Positions 1-13,384 of a stretch of 64,000 bases of DNA are shown here, piece by piece (position 1 is the first letter of the stretch; the number at the start of each line of letters is the position of its first letter). The notes under the pieces are model-generated. The model ran no database searches and was not told the DNA's origin. It saw only the letters and a list, made by a program, of their open reading frames with translations. The stretch is from Okamejei kenojei. Taxonomy: Eukaryota. The stretch spans positions 5,890,001 through 5,954,000 of the forward strand of contig CM069142.1 of assembly GCA_035221665.1 (NCBI GenBank). The letters run 5' to 3'. Both the position numbers and the translations under genes were made by a program.

Positions 1-193
1 TCAGTTATAGTTTTGATGACCTAAAAAAATGTGACATAGATGTATATACACACACAAAATCACATTGCCTATCTCCTTCACTCCTTAGATGCTGCTGCAC
101 CCGCTGAGTTTCTCCAGCTTTTTGTGTACCCTATATTTTTATTTAGTTTCTTGTGATTTCCTCTAATTTGTTTAGCAACCTTTTTCTTTCAAT

Positions 194-560
194 CTCTCTC
201 TCTCTATATATATCTATATAGATGTGTATATATGTGTGTATGTATATATATATATATATACATACATTTATACTCATGCGTGTGTGTACTTACATACATA
301 TATNNNNNNNNNNNNNNNNNNNNNNNNNNNNNNNNNNNNNNNNNNNNNNNNNNNNNNNNNNNNNNNNNNNNNNNNNNNNNNNNNNNNNNNNNNNNNNNNN
401 NNNNNNNNNNNNNNNNNNNNNNNNNNNNNNNNNNNNNNNNNNNNNNNNNNNNNNNNNNNNNNNNNNNNNNNNNNNNNNNNNNNNNNNNNNNNNNNNNNNN
501 NNNNNNNNNNNNNNNNNNNNNNNNNNNNNNNNNNACGTACACATAAATATATAAAATATA
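194..560. repeat. (TC)n/(TA)n/(TG)n microsatellite with an N-run at 304-534
   Basis: Directly visible dinucleotide repeats flanking Ns. Confidence 0.9.
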
Positions 561-1561
561 TATGAAATCCTAATATTGTGAATAAAATATCCATGAACAC
601 AGTGTCAAATATTTTTCCATTCTTTCATTCTATATTAGTGTAACACAACGTAGTGCATACATACCTGCATATTTAAATTCAGTCGATAAGTTGGTCAAAT
701 AACATGGGGACCTTCTTGCTTTTTTTTTCAGACATGGATTTTTTAAATGTGAATGTCTCATAACAACACATTTGTGGGTCAGCCGTATATTGCACCAACC
801 CCCACAATTTCAAATAACTCTAAATTGAACATAACAAGGAAAACACTTTTTATTTCCGTCATTTATGGTAATATTTACATAATTCACATCATTTTATGTG
901 CGACATATACAGGGGGTTGCAGTGTTTTGAAAGTGATGTAAAATGCAACATATTTCAGACAATGATAGCTTGACCCCTTGCTTACTCCAAAGGGCAACAT
1001 TTCCAACATATACAATAATAAATAAATCGTCATTTGCACAATTTTGTGTGGGTAACGGGAGGTTCTCATTCTTCCTCTTGAGTAACCTGCTTTGGGAAAA
1101 CAGACGTTTCAGCGGGTTCGGGATGTCAAATAGCATTGGAACTGCATTGCAATTTAGCCTGTTATTGGTCTGCCTGTTGGAGAACTAGTCAAGGTCAGTG
1201 TTCAGAACAAAGACGGCAGGTGGTTGACAAGTACACCAGAGTTTGGTGGAGGAGATCTTGTCAACGAGTATTCTGGACCCGCTGGCGACATCTGAAATTA
1301 CAGAAAATCTCATATGGGATTAACTAAGAAGAAAAAAAATGATTATAACTACATATCTGCAGAATGGATGATATATCATTTAAGTGCAATTTTTTTCAGT
1401 TGTGGTGTGAGACCTGTATATTGAAGATGCATTTTGCCTCCAATATGTCAATTTACCTTAAATGTAGAAGAGCTTATTAAAATCTTCTTACATAGGCCAT
1501 TTAAGTATTTTCTTTCTATCCTCTTTTGCACAAGACACTAGCAGGGCTGACAACTCTCAGG

Positions 1562-2248
1562 CAGAGGGAGAGAGAGAGGGGAGGAATAGAGAGNNNNNNN
1601 NNNNNNNNNNNNNNNNNNNNNNNNNNNNNNNNNNNNNNNNNNNNNNNNNNNNNNNNNNNNNNNNNNNNNNNNNNNNNNNNNNNNNNNNNNNNNNNNNNNN
1701 NNNNNNNNNNNNNNNNNNNNNNNNNNNNAGAGAAACAGAGNNNNNNNNNNNNNNNNNNNNNNNNNNNNNNNNNNNNNNNNNNNNNNNNNNNNNNNNNNNN
1801 NNNNNNNNNNNNNNNNNNNNNNNNNNNNNNNNNNNNNNNNNNNNNNNNNNNNNNNNNNNNNNNNNNNNNNNNNNNNNNNNNNNNNNNNNNNNNNNNNNNN
1901 NNNNNNNNNNNNNNNNNNNNNNNNNNNNNNNNNNNNNNNNNNNNNNNNNNNNNNNNNNNNNNNNNNNNNNNNNNNNNAGAGAGAGAGAGNNNNNNNNNNN
2001 NNNNNNNNNNNNNNNNNNNNNNNNNNNNNNNNNNNNNNNNNNNNNNNNNNNNNNNNNNNNNNNNNNNNNNNNNNNNNNNNNNNNNNNNNNNNNNNNNNNN
2101 NNNNNNNNNNNNNNNNNNNNNNNNNNNNNNNNNNNNNNNNNNNNNNNNNNNNNNNNNNNNNNNNNNNNNNNNNNNNNNNNNNNNNNNNNNNNNNNNNNNN
2201 NNNNNNNNNNNNNNACAAAGAGAGAGAGGGGCAGATAGGGCAGAGACG

Positions 2249-2287
<39 letters not shown>

Positions 2288-2325
2288 GGCAGAAAGAGAT
2301 GGGGAGAGAGATGGGGAGAGAGAGG
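1562..2325. repeat. GA-rich microsatellite with three N-runs
   Basis: (GA)n and GAGACAGA repeats around and between the N-runs. Confidence 0.9.
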
Positions 2326-2949
2326 AACGATGGCACGTTATAATGCAGAGCCGTCCCATTCTGACTGCCGCCGAACCCTGCACCCCACCATTGCACCTTT
2401 CTTCACGGCGGCCCAGTGATGTCTCAGCTCTGACAATTCGAGTTATCTAACCGGTAACAACACTGAGAGCAGCCCCAGGCCGCCGCACTCCCCGACTCGA
2501 ATCTGAGCTTAGAGTCTCGTGACGGGCCGGATGTGTCCTAAGGACATATTTTGGAGACTCCTGCCTTACAAGAACAAAAACAAAAATGTACAGAAGAACA
2601 AAAATTGCTGACTTTATTATTGTGGTAAGTCTATTAAAAAAAAATCTAGTAACTTTCTAATGTACCGTCAAACCTAGTTTCCCAATGAGTGTTGCTAGGG
2701 GAACAGAAAAGAACATTTTCAGGACAGAATAATATCGACAGAAAAGATGTGTTGTTGGGGAACCTGAAGAAAGACAGGTTGAGTCGTCCACACCGGCGAT
2801 TAGGGTAATTTATACCGAACAGTGAGCTGTAGATGTGGACGCCATGACAGTGTGGGGCAGCCCGGTAAAATGGCGTCGACAATCACACATGTCATACTGC
2901 ACTCTTTTCTCTACCTGGCGCATCTTACTCCACTCTATAATCATTGGTG

Positions 2950-3215
2950 GGCATAGCCATAAGGTGAGAGGAGGAATGTTTAAAGGAGATGTGTGGGGCG
3001 AGTTTGTTTACGCAGTGTAGTGGAGGCCTGGAATGCATTGCCGGGGCTGGTGGTGGAAGCAGATAGTTTAAGAAGCTTTTAGATAGGCACCTGGAGGTAA
3101 AGGAATAGAGGGGTCTGGATCATTTACAGGCAGACGAGATCCATTTAACTTGGCATCATGTTCAGCACGGACATTGTGGGCTGAAGGGCCCGTTCCTGTG
3201 CTGTACTGTTCTATG
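2950..3215 (+). mobile_element. CR1-clade LINE 3' fragment
   Basis: GGGCATAG...AAGGTGAGAGG...TGGAATGCATTGCC body and GGGCTGAAGGGCCCGTTCCTGTGCTGTACTGTTCTATG tail, shared with other copies in the window. Confidence 0.75.
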
Positions 3216-4129
3216 TAGAGAGCGGGATAAAGGCTGGAGCTCATTGTCTGAGTTGGTGACAGGGACACGAGCGAGCACTGGAAGGACACCATTTGTCGAC
3301 TGGCACAGAGGGGACAGGCTAAATGTCCTCCATCTGCCCTGGGAATTTTTTTCCCGAGTCCCTGATACTTTGTGCCGCCAATATATATAGTTTGAAAGTA
3401 TTGGCGAATCGAGAGTGTAAACAGATGGAGAACTTTGCTTTGAAGGTGCGTGTAAAGAGCTTCCGGGGCAGGCTGACTCCCCACTGCACCCGCACCCTCT
3501 CATCTGCCGCAGGACTACTGCAGAGGCAGGCTGCTCCTGCTCTTCCTCAATGCTCCCACCTTCATAAACACCAGGAAGGATTCTGCCTGCAGGATTGGCA
3601 GGTACACACTTCATGGCAGGATCACTGGGTGCTTTGTAACCAATTTACAATCATTCAAGTGGTGCGTGTTCGCTTGTTCCAAGATGGTTCTCAACTAACA
3701 AACAGCGCCACGTACGTAAACCTGTTGTGGAAACTTCTTCTGCTGGGATGCGAGGCATGTACGTTCTGCCAATGGCGTGCAGATAAGAGGAAATGTGAAG
3801 TGTAGGAGGAATAATGTTGTTTTAAAGAAGTTTACAGAGCTGGGTGAACAGGAAACCACATGGTGGGTGGCGTCTGAAAATGGGCGCAGTCTTTGGTAAC
3901 ATTTCCATTCTACAAAAATATTTGCCTCTTGTCTACTGACTTCAGACTCGTGAATGAGATGTAGTTGATGTATTCCTTCAGAAGTATGTTGGGGACTGGA
4001 GTATGGTACTGTGCTTGTTAACAGGTGAAGGGTATTTTATGTGAACGAAAGCTAATTTACAGCTGGTGCACACTTCATCCCACACGCAGTGATACCATCA
4101 TTTCAGGTGAGCATTAAATGTCGCTTGTT

Positions 4130-4790
4130 ATAGTCATGGAGTCACATCGCGTGGAAACAGGCCCGACCTGTCCATGCAGACCAAATACCCCTTCTAGTAG
4201 CGTTGGCCCACATCCACGTCCAATGTTTTGTAAATGTTGTCACAATACCTGCCTCAACTACCTCCTCTGGCAGCTCGCTCCACCACCCTCTGAGTGAAAA
4301 ATGTGCCCCTTGGGTTTCTGTTAAATCTTTCCCCTCTCACCTTAACCCTCTAGTCCTTGATTCCTCTATTCTAGGTCAAAGTCTGTGCCTTTACCCTCAT
4401 GATTTTGTACACCCCTATTGCATCACCCCTCAGCCTCCTGTGCTCCAAGGATTAAAGGCCTAACGTACCCTGCCGCTCCCTCCAGCTTAGGCCCCGGAGC
4501 CCTGGCCACATCCTCGTGCATCTTCTCCGCGCCCATTCCAGCTGAGTGGCATTTCTCCTGCAGGAGGGTGACCGCAACTGGACACAATAGTCCGGGCGCA
4601 GAGCCTCCCGGCTTCTGTACTCAGCGACTTGACTGGCAAAGGGCAGTGTGATCAAAGTCTGCCCTCACCACCCGATCTAGTTACGACGCCACTTGTCCTG
4701 CCCGATCCCTCTGTTCCACAACACTCTCCAGGGGCCTATCATTCACTGCGACGGTCTTGCCCTTGTTTGCTTTCCAAAATGCAGCACCTC
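4130..4790 (-). mobile_element. Degenerate CR1 LINE 3' fragment
   Basis: Reverse complement resembles the CR1 3' ends at 8322 and 36607 (ACCACCCTCTGAGTGAAAAA, GGAAACAGGCCC tail). Confidence 0.6.
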
Positions 4791-5264
4791 GCACCAAAGT
4801 ACACTCCCAGCAAGGCGGCCATCTCCTTTTTATTACTCCGCTACATCCTTTAGCCTCCCTGGATAAACCATCAGTAATATCATCTCAGTCTACTGCCCTT
4901 AATCAATAGAGCAACTCCACCCTGTTAATTCCCTCTGGCAGACAGTGAGGCTAACATTTAGAAATGACCTCAGTTTATCCAATGGTACCGATTATTATTC
5001 ATGTTGAATGTGTATCTCGCTGTTTTTGAACGATGAAACGTTATCACGAATGATGTTTACTTAGAAAACAACTTAGCTCAAAGTGTTTCCAGAGAATAAA
5101 TCTCAAAATATTTAGTGTCTCCTCTGAGCCGCTGATTTGGCCTCTGGTTGTTGTTGTTGTCGGCGTGCCCCTGTGCTGGGGATTTATTGAGTGGACTGAG
5201 TGGTGGTGCAGTTTACAGTTGTACGTACACTGTAGGATTCGTAGCCTCCACTTCCCAGAAAATT

Positions 5265-5585
5265 ACGTTTAGCAGTAACGCAGCTGGTAAAGCTACTGCC
5301 TCACGGCGTCAGAGACCCAGATGCAATCCTGTCCTCGGGTACTGTCCGTGTGGAGTTTGCACCTCCTCCCTGTGACCCGTGTGGATTTCCTCCGGGTGCT
5401 CCGGTTTCCTCCCACATCCCACAGGCGCGCAGGTTTGTTGCTTAATTGTCCCTCTGCAAATTGCCCCTAGTGTGTGGGGAGTGGATGAGAATGTGGTGAT
5501 AGCATGGAACTCGTGTGAGCGGGTGCTCGATAGCCGTTGTGGGCCGAAGGTCTTGTTTCCATTGCTATATCTCCAAAACTAAACT
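5265..5585 (+). mobile_element. tRNA-derived SINE (HE1/V-SINE-like) with CR1-type tail
   Basis: A/B-box-like head, central GGAGTTTGCAC...GTGGATTTCCTCCGGGTGCTCCGGTTTCCTCCCAC block, GGGCCGAAGG...AAACTAAACT tail. Confidence 0.8.
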
Positions 5586-6169
5586 CCGATCAGGCTGCCG
5601 TGAGAATCCGCTGCCGCATCTCGGCTGGATGGCTGGCGTTGGGTGTGTGCAGTTGAATTCATCCTGATCTTACCACCACTGGCAGTGCTGCACATATTAA
5701 TGACAATCGTGGTACGATTGCAAGCGGGCTACAAAATGACCAAAAGGGATGACAAAAAGTGCTGCTTCAGTCTAATAAAGAAGGCGTACATTGTCACATT
5801 TTCTGTAGCCCACTTGCGATGATACTAATAATGTTCAATTAAAACTAGTGGCCGCGTAGCTCAGACCCACAACTATGAATAAACCTGCTAAGCCATTACC
5901 TACGGATAACATGCATTGAGCCAAGATTGCTTGAACAGACGTTCGTATGTTTTAAAGTGACATTTGAAAAGGAACTCCTTAGCCTCCAGTTACTTTTTAA
6001 CAAAGGTTTTGTCGTGTAAAAAGCCTGGTGTGTCGCTGTTGTTTCTGAGAGTTACTTTTTTTCATCGTTTCCATTACCTGACTGCCTCACTGTAAGAAAA
6101 CTGGCCGATTGGAAAACTTCGATCGTTAGAGTTCACAGAAACCGAAATTGTAATCAGTGGTTGCGTTTA

Positions 6170-6435
6170 AAGATACAACAGGGGAATAGGCCTACCGAGT
6201 CCACACTGGCCATCACACGAATGCTGTGTTATCCCACTTTCTCATCCACTCCTTGCACATGAGCGACAGATTTACAGAGGGCCAATCCACCTACAAACCT
6301 GCAAGAATTTCGGATGTGGGAGGAAACCAGCGCACCCTGAGGAAACCCACATGGTCACGGGGGAAGCGTGCAAACTCCACGCAGACAGCAACCAGGGTCA
6401 AGATCGAACCCGGATCTCTGGCGCCGTGAGGAAGA
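6170..6435 (-). mobile_element. tRNA-derived SINE
   Basis: Reverse complement of the same SINE core (GTGGGAGGAAACC...GTGCAAACTCCAC...GATCGAACCCGG). Confidence 0.75.
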
Positions 6436-6967
6436 GCAGCTGGGAGGCACTTAGTATTTGGTTCTGTTATCTCTTATCAAAGATATATTTGCAAATTAAT
6501 TAATTTTCCTTTATTCTATGCGTTGCATGCTGCGGGAATCCATTAAAAGTAGAATGGTTCCCAAATAGGATGAAGATTTACGATCCACTGAAAATGGTGC
6601 CAGTGTTAGTTAGGCTGTCGCTTGTGTCGAAGGCCAAACTGTTTTCAGTGCTGAGGACGCAGTGAGCTGGAATGGCAGCTCTGCAAATGGGCTGGCTGCC
6701 TCAGCCCTGCTTTCGCATGGTAGATCAGACTGCGATAAGATGCAGAGCAACACCATTACACAGGAAATCCACGCAGAGGCTCAGAGGTAGCTCCACTCAT
6801 TTAAACTACCGCAGCTCAGTAGCTTTTGAATCATCTTTTAAACCACACTGAGAACACAGTGCACAGAACAAGAAGTGCATTATGCCACAAGGAAGGCAAG
6901 GGTTCACACAGTTTTTAAGAAACTTTGCAAGATATTGAAGCAGAATTCAGATGGGATGGGTAATTCA

Positions 6968-7180
6968 GTTTAGAGATACAGCATGGAAACAGGCCCTTCA
7001 GGCCCACGGAGTCCGCGCCAGTTCTATGTTGTCCCACTTTTGCACCCGCTCCCTACACACTGGCACCACTTCCAGAGGCCAATTACCCAACAAGTCTGCA
7101 CGTCTGTGGGATGCGCGCGGAAACTGGGGCACCCGGAGAAAACCCACGCGGTCACGGGGAAAACGTGCGAACCCCACCCG
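6968..7180 (-). mobile_element. tRNA-derived SINE fragment
   Basis: TTTAGAGATACAGCATGGAAACAGGCCCTTC tail and CACCCGGAGAAAACCCACGCGGTCAC core. Confidence 0.7.
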
Positions 7181-7994
7181 TAGCCAAATTCTGGATGAAT
7201 GACAAGCAGTGGCAATGTATTGAAGGCAAACTGTATTTGACTAACTTGGTTAATGATCCCGTTTCCCTGAAAACTAAAAATGAATACAAATCAGGAACTT
7301 ACTGCGTGGATTGTGAAGTCCAATTGTTCAAAAGGCCTTTATGTTAAAATACCTGAGAACAGGCTCATTAAATGGTCCTCGGCCTAGCGACCAAAGGGCC
7401 AATGGAGAGAGGCAATGACCTCAGCCAAGTTCTACACGGATAGGAACGGTTTAGTGAGATATGGGCCAAACACAGGCAAATGGGACCAGCATAGATGGGG
7501 AATGTTGGTCTGCATGGGCAAGTTGGGCCGAAGGGCCTGTTTCCCTGCTGTACGTCTCTAAGGAGCTGGAAGCTGACACTTGTTGAAGAACAAAGGGAAG
7601 ATGCAAGAGAGGTGTTTTAAGTTGGAAGGAAGAGTGAAGGGTTAAGATGTCAACTATATGTTCAAGACAAAAAGGGATATAGGAACACAGAGATCACAAG
7701 TGTTTTCATATTAAAACAACTTCTCAAGGTGCTAGTGGAGAGCCTGAAAAGTTGAAAAGCTTACAAGGCTCTTGGCATATAAGCACAAATGCCTGAAGTT
7801 GGACCATGATGCAACATGTTTTAATGTGCTTTGTGATCCAATTCCATGCAAAATAGGATAGAAATGAAAATCAGTGACTGCTTTCATCATTAAGTCCCCA
7901 ATTTTTATTCTCTCTGCGTTTCACATGGAATATGTAGTGAACACAGCAAGTGCCTCGTTTACTCCATTGATGTGGAGTGTGGGAGGGTTGCAAG

Positions 7995-9320
7995 GTTTCA
8001 AGGTCAGTTTATCGTCACATGCACCAATCAAGGTACCGTGAAATTCGAATTACCAAGCAGCCATACTAACAAAAAAAGCAACAAGACACACAACTAGGTA
8101 AAAGTTAACATAAACATCCACCACAGCAGTTTCCCCACGCTCCTCACGCCCCAAGATGGAAGTCCAATCTTCTTCCTCTTTTATTCTCCCACGGTCGGGG
8201 CATTCGAACCATCCACAGTCGGGGCGATCGAAGCTCCCACCGCCAGCGGTCGAAGCCCCCGCATCAGGGCGGTCAAAGATCTTGCGCTTGGAGCCCCTGA
8301 AGTCGGTCTCTGACCAGAGATCATATAACCATATAAAACCATATAACAATTACAGCACGGAATGGCCCTTCCAGACCATTTGTTTTCCTCTAGTCCCATC
8401 TACCTGCACTCAGACCATACCCCCCCATTCCCTTCACGTCCATATACCTATCCACTTTACTCTTAAATGTTAAAATCGATCCTGCCTCCACCACTTCTGC
8501 TGGAAGCTCATTCCACACAGCCACCACCCTCTGAGTAAAGAAGTTTCCCCCTCACGTGAAACCTCTGTCCCTTAATGTCATGCCCTCTTGTTTGAATCTT
8601 CCCTACCCTCAATGGGAAAAACGTATCCACGTCAACTCTGTCTATCCCTTTCATCATTTTAAAGACCTCAATCAAGTCCCCCCTTAACCTTCTGCGCTCC
8701 AAAGAATAAAGACCTAACTTGTTCAACCTTTCTCTGTAACATAGTTGCTGGAACCCTGGCAACATTCTAGTAAATCTCCTCTGTACTCTCTCTATTTTGT
8801 TGACATCCTTCTATAACTAGGCGGACCAAAATGAATTGGTCTTACCAATGCCTTGTACAATTTTAACATTACTTCCCTACTCCTATATTCAATGCTCTGA
8901 TTTATAAAGGCCAGCACACCAAAGGCTTTCTTTACCACCCCATCTACATGCGATTCCACCTTCAGGGAACTATGCACAGTTATTCCTAGATCCCTCTGTT
9001 CCACAGCATTCCTCAATTCCCTACCATTTACCATGTATCGTGATGCTCTACGATGTTAAGTCCACAGGCCCCTGCGGCGGAGCTCTCGAAGAGTCTCCAG
9101 CAAAGGCCGCCAACTCCTCGATGATAGGCCGCAGTGCGGACGGAGATACGATACAAGAAAAAAATTGCATTTCCGTTGAGGTAAAAGATTAGAAAAAGTT
9201 TCCCCCAACTCCCCGCTCCCCCGTCCCCCACATAAAACAAGCTAAAGAACACTCAAAACATACATTTAACACCTACAAACGAACAACAGAGAAGGAAGGG
9301 ACAGACAGACTGTTGGCGCA
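7995..9320 (-). mobile_element. Unclassified GC-rich non-autonomous repeat (related to 24810-25890), interrupted by a CR1 at 8322-9035
   Basis: Shares AACATAAACATCCACCACAG, GAGGTAA...TTTCCCCC...GACAGACAGACTGTTGGCG blocks and the TTTATxGTCACATGCACC start with 24810-25890. Confidence 0.55.
8322..9035 (-). mobile_element. 5'-truncated CR1 LINE (ORF2 C-terminus plus 3'UTR)
   Basis: Encodes QRDLGITVHSSLK...LKLYKALVRP and LGLYSLERRRLRGDLIEVFK; ATAACC-type repeat tail. Confidence 0.9.
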
Positions 9321-10074
9321 AGAGTAGTGTTATAGTGTCCTGTCAGCTGCAAGGAGCCCTGGTGAGACTGCTTTAGCTCTAGCCTTCTTACCTAAGAAAG
9401 GATATACTTGTGAGAGAGATTACAATGAAGTGATCCCATGCATGGTGGGTCTGAAGAAGGTTCCATAAAGGCACCTCTCATGTCTCTCCAGAGATGCTGC
9501 CTGATCTGCTGGGTTATTCCAGCACTCTGTGAATTCCTTGCATGGTGGGCCTGTTGGATGCTGACCAAACAGAACTATCTTCGACTCTCCTGAGTTTAGA
9601 AGAGAGAGATGATCTCATTGAAAAGTACAAAGTACAGACGTGGCTTGGTGGAGGGGATGACTACCTGATCGACCCTGTGACCCAAAGACATCGCCAACAA
9701 TCAAACAACAGCCACCGTCAGACAGGACCACCTTGCCCAGCAGTCCCCAACACCAGTTACAGCCCCATCCGGCAACACCATTACTGACCCTCCCTCAAAT
9801 TCCCAGCACACCTTCCCCACCCCACCACCAACCTGTGACTAACGCTCCCCGGACAGAGCCCAACACTTTGAGAAAGGTCTGCTCAGATAAAGGCACTTCA
9901 CCACTTCATCCACTTTCAAAGGCACCGATGACATTGGGGGTTGCTCAGAAACAAACATGTTAAGCTGTACCTTTATAGAACGTAGCTTGAAACCAGCTAG
10001 ATTATTGCGGCCAATTCCTGCCATGTTAGTACAGATCAAAGGTCCTGCAAAAGAATGCAAAAGGAAACTAGAGT

Positions 10075-10520
10075 GGTCATATGCTGAGAGAATGGAGCGG
10101 CTGGGCTTGTACACTCTGGAGTTTAGAAGGATGGGAGGGGATCTCATTGAAACATATAAGATTGTTAAGGGTTTGGACACGTTAGAGGCAGGAAACATGT
10201 TCCTGATGTTGGGGGAGTCCAGAACCAGGGGGCTACAGTTTAAGAATAAGGGGTAAGAACGGAGACGAGGAAACGCTTTTTCTCACAGAGAGTGGGAGTC
10301 TGTGGAATTCTTTGCCTCGGAGGGCGGTGGAGGCCGGTTCTCTGGATGCTTTCAAGAGAGAGCTAGATAGGGCTCTTAAAAATAGCGGAGTCGGGGGATA
10401 TGGGGAGAAGGCAGGAACGGGGTACTGATTGGGGATGATCAGCCATGATCACATTGAATGGCGGTGCTGGCTCGAAGGGCCGAATGGCCTACTCCTGCAC
10501 CTATTGTCCTTTGTCCATTG
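10075..10520 (+). mobile_element. CR1 LINE 3' fragment
   Basis: SYAERMERLGLYTLEFRRMGGDLIETYK and GGCTCGAAGGGCCGAATGGCCTACTCCTGCACCTATT tail. Confidence 0.9.
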
Positions 10521-10782
10521 TCTTGATAATATGTTTGAAGCTGGGCTTGGTCTCCTCACACTTAATGTGGAGATTTAGTAGATGCATAAAGTGATGGAGG
10601 ATTTTGAGAATGTCAGCAGGTGAAAAACTATTTCTGGTGACAGACGTATCAGTAATCAGGGAGTAATTAAGAGGATTGGTCATAGATCGGAGGGGATGAG
10701 AGGAATATGGTGCTTTACTGCATGAGTTGTTCTAATCTGTAAAGTAATGCCTGGAACAAGAATAACAATATTCAATGATAAT

Positions 10783-11033
10783 GCAGCGCCAGAGACCCGG
10801 GCTGTCTGTACGGAGTTTGTACGCTCTCCCCATGACCCGCGTGGGTTTTCTCCAAAATCTTCAGTTTCCTCCCATACTCCAAAGACGTACAGGTTTGTAG
10901 GTTAATTGGACTGCGTATAAATGTAAAATTGTCCCTAGTGTGTGTAGGGTAGTTTTAATGAGCGGGGATCGCTGGTTGGGGTGGACTTGGTGGGCTGAAG
11001 GGCCTGTTTCCGCGCTGCATCTCTAAACTAAAC
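10783..11033 (+). mobile_element. tRNA-derived SINE
   Basis: CAGCGCCAGAGACCCGG head, SINE core, CTCTAAACTAAACT tail. Confidence 0.8.
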
Positions 11034-12569
11034 TATTAACAGTACGTTGAATAAATACCTAGGAGAACAGATGAAGAAGAAAGGGGATAGAGCAGGGAAG
11101 CATTGATTGGATAGCTCTTTCACAGAGCTATGGAATGACCTTGTGTATGCCATTTCATGATGGCCCTTTTCTTTATAGAAAACAAGGAACTGCAGATTAT
11201 GGTTTACAAAAAAAAAAGGCACAGTCTGGAGTAACTCAGTGGGTCAGGCAGCATCTGTGGAGAACTGTGGAGAAGCTGACTTCTCGGGTCGGATCGGGAC
11301 CCTACGTCAAACTCTGAAAAATTATTTTAGTTTTTGTCAAGGTCTCCCTGTTCTTCAAATTGATGCCACGTGTGTTCATCTGATCAAGGAGCAATGAACC
11401 AGGTCACATCTCTCCAACCACGGTTTGTGGTGGATGGCTGCATTAGTGGTCAGCCAGATGTGGTCAAAGTCGGCGTTCTCCAAGTTGAGGCCAGCGAGAT
11501 CAGGGAAGAGTAACGAGGTTTGTTTCTTGTGGAAATCGAGCTCACGAATGAGGTGAAGAGGATGGAAAGAAGGAAACAAATTCCAGGGCAGAAGCGGGGC
11601 TGTGGCTTCTTGTGGCAGCAAGAAGGAATATACGTGGGGGGGTGAGATGTCAAAAACTGGAGAAACTATCTGATACAAAAACTTTGATATTAAAGGATAG
11701 ACCACCACCGGCACACGATAAGTAAAGCTAAGCAATGAAGTCATCCATACAAAGCCAGATGTCCCATCCAAGATAGACCCACCCACCAACCTGTGTTTCA
11801 CACATATCCCTCTAAACCTTTCCTATCCATGTACCTGTCCAAATGTCATTAAATGCCATATACATTGGAGTTGGTGGTGTTTATCTGGAACAGTTTCCTA
11901 GACTGTAGGGTATTGATTGGGTGTTCTGGAATTGACAGTCTTGTTTTTTGGTTCCACTTGCATATTATTAAAAGTCTACACCTCTCCTTAGGCATGTTAC
12001 GTGTTAGGTTCAATGTTCCAGGTCATATCCTGGATGGAGTCTAAACATCTAAAGGCCCTAGTGTGACTTTGTACCATTGTACCATCCTATAGGAGCCAAA
12101 CGTTTTGAGCTAACCCATTACATTTAAATAATGACCCCTTTGTTCCCCACTACAGCTTGTTATTGAAGAAACTAATAGCATCAGTTGGAAAAAATGACTG
12201 CTGTTCCTCATTCTGCTAACCTTACAATGTCAAAATATTTTTTGAATTCATATATACGGCATATGTGGAGCAGCTATCATCTTTCCACAAACAGGTACAG
12301 AATGAAACTTAACGACCACAGAAAGTGATATATGAAACTGATATAGAACTTGTCCAGAGAGGGGTGAAGGCTGACAATAACATGACCCGGTGGAACCCAA
12401 GACAAAAGAATGCCAAACAACACTCAATATCCGCCAGTTCAGGATATTCCGGATAAACACGCCCAACATTTAAAGCACTTTGCAGACAAGACAATGAGAC
12501 AAATGTTAGTTCATCAGTATCGCAGAATGATCATTGCTAGATTTCTCACAGGTCCCACCAGGCAAATGA

Positions 12570-12780
12570 CGCCTGTTCCACTTGGGCGTAATTTGCGCGT
12601 ATTTTACGCGTCATCATTTACGCGTCATGACGCACGACGCGCGTGTTGTGCCGCGCATGGTGCGTGGTGACGTAGGCAGTGACGTGCGGTCGCGCGCGGC
12701 TCCCCAGGATTTTGTTACGTACAAAATCTTCGCGCGCCATCAGCATGAAGCACAAATGACGCCCAAGTGGGACAGGCCCT
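12570..12780. mobile_element. CpG-rich MITE, PIF/Harbinger-like
   Basis: TIRs GCCTGTTCCACTTGGGCG...CGCCCAAGTGGGACAGGCCCT; same family as 27411-27579. Confidence 0.7.
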
Positions 12781-13384
12781 GTACCTGTAGGTTGGGCCCG
12801 AATTTCTACCTACGCCAGTCTCATTTGCCACGTTTGGCCCATATCTCTCTAAACCGTCAATGGTTATTTATTGCCACATGTATGAGAGTCAGTGAAATTA
12901 TATATTTTTTCATATAGTTCAGTAAATTATTATTACACACAGGCATAATCCCCAATGAAGTACAACTTGTGCAGAAATAGTCTACTGAAACCATGTACAA
13001 GAATCGTCAGCTTTCAGATCCACTTTCAAAGCCCTATCCATGTACATTCACCATTACACCTCTTATTTTATGCACCATTTGGACCAAGGGAGCATCACCT
13101 GTTCTCAACCTTATGCCACCTTCTCTATTTCGGAAACATGTCCACTTCCATCTTATTACTTCTGGTTCTGTCCTCTGGCCTTTCAAGCACCTTTCACATC
13201 CATACCCTTCTGCCAGAGCTGATGGGGAGCCACGGAGCTAGATTTCAGCCTGTGATCCCACACAGCACACAGCCTAGGCCTTCAGGCGTTTTACTGTCAC
13301 TCTTCCCCTCCTCAGTCTTCTGACAGTAGGTTCTGGTGACAATAACACGACCAACATTGAACCAACAAATCTCCAGGTTGCTGG

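Noticed and set aside
1123-1200. MSNSIGTALQFSLLLVCLLEN as the CD247 leader
   Set aside because: In-frame TAG precedes the only nearby donor.
204-2419. Long ORFs spanning the N-runs
   Set aside because: Artefacts of Ns and microsatellites.
5130-5185. FGLWLLLLSACPCA signal-like peptide
   Set aside because: No ATG, an upstream in-frame stop, and no GT donor.
11376-11801. 141-aa minus ORF in unique-looking sequence
   Set aside because: No recognisable domain or convincing splice sites; one end overlaps a repeat tail.
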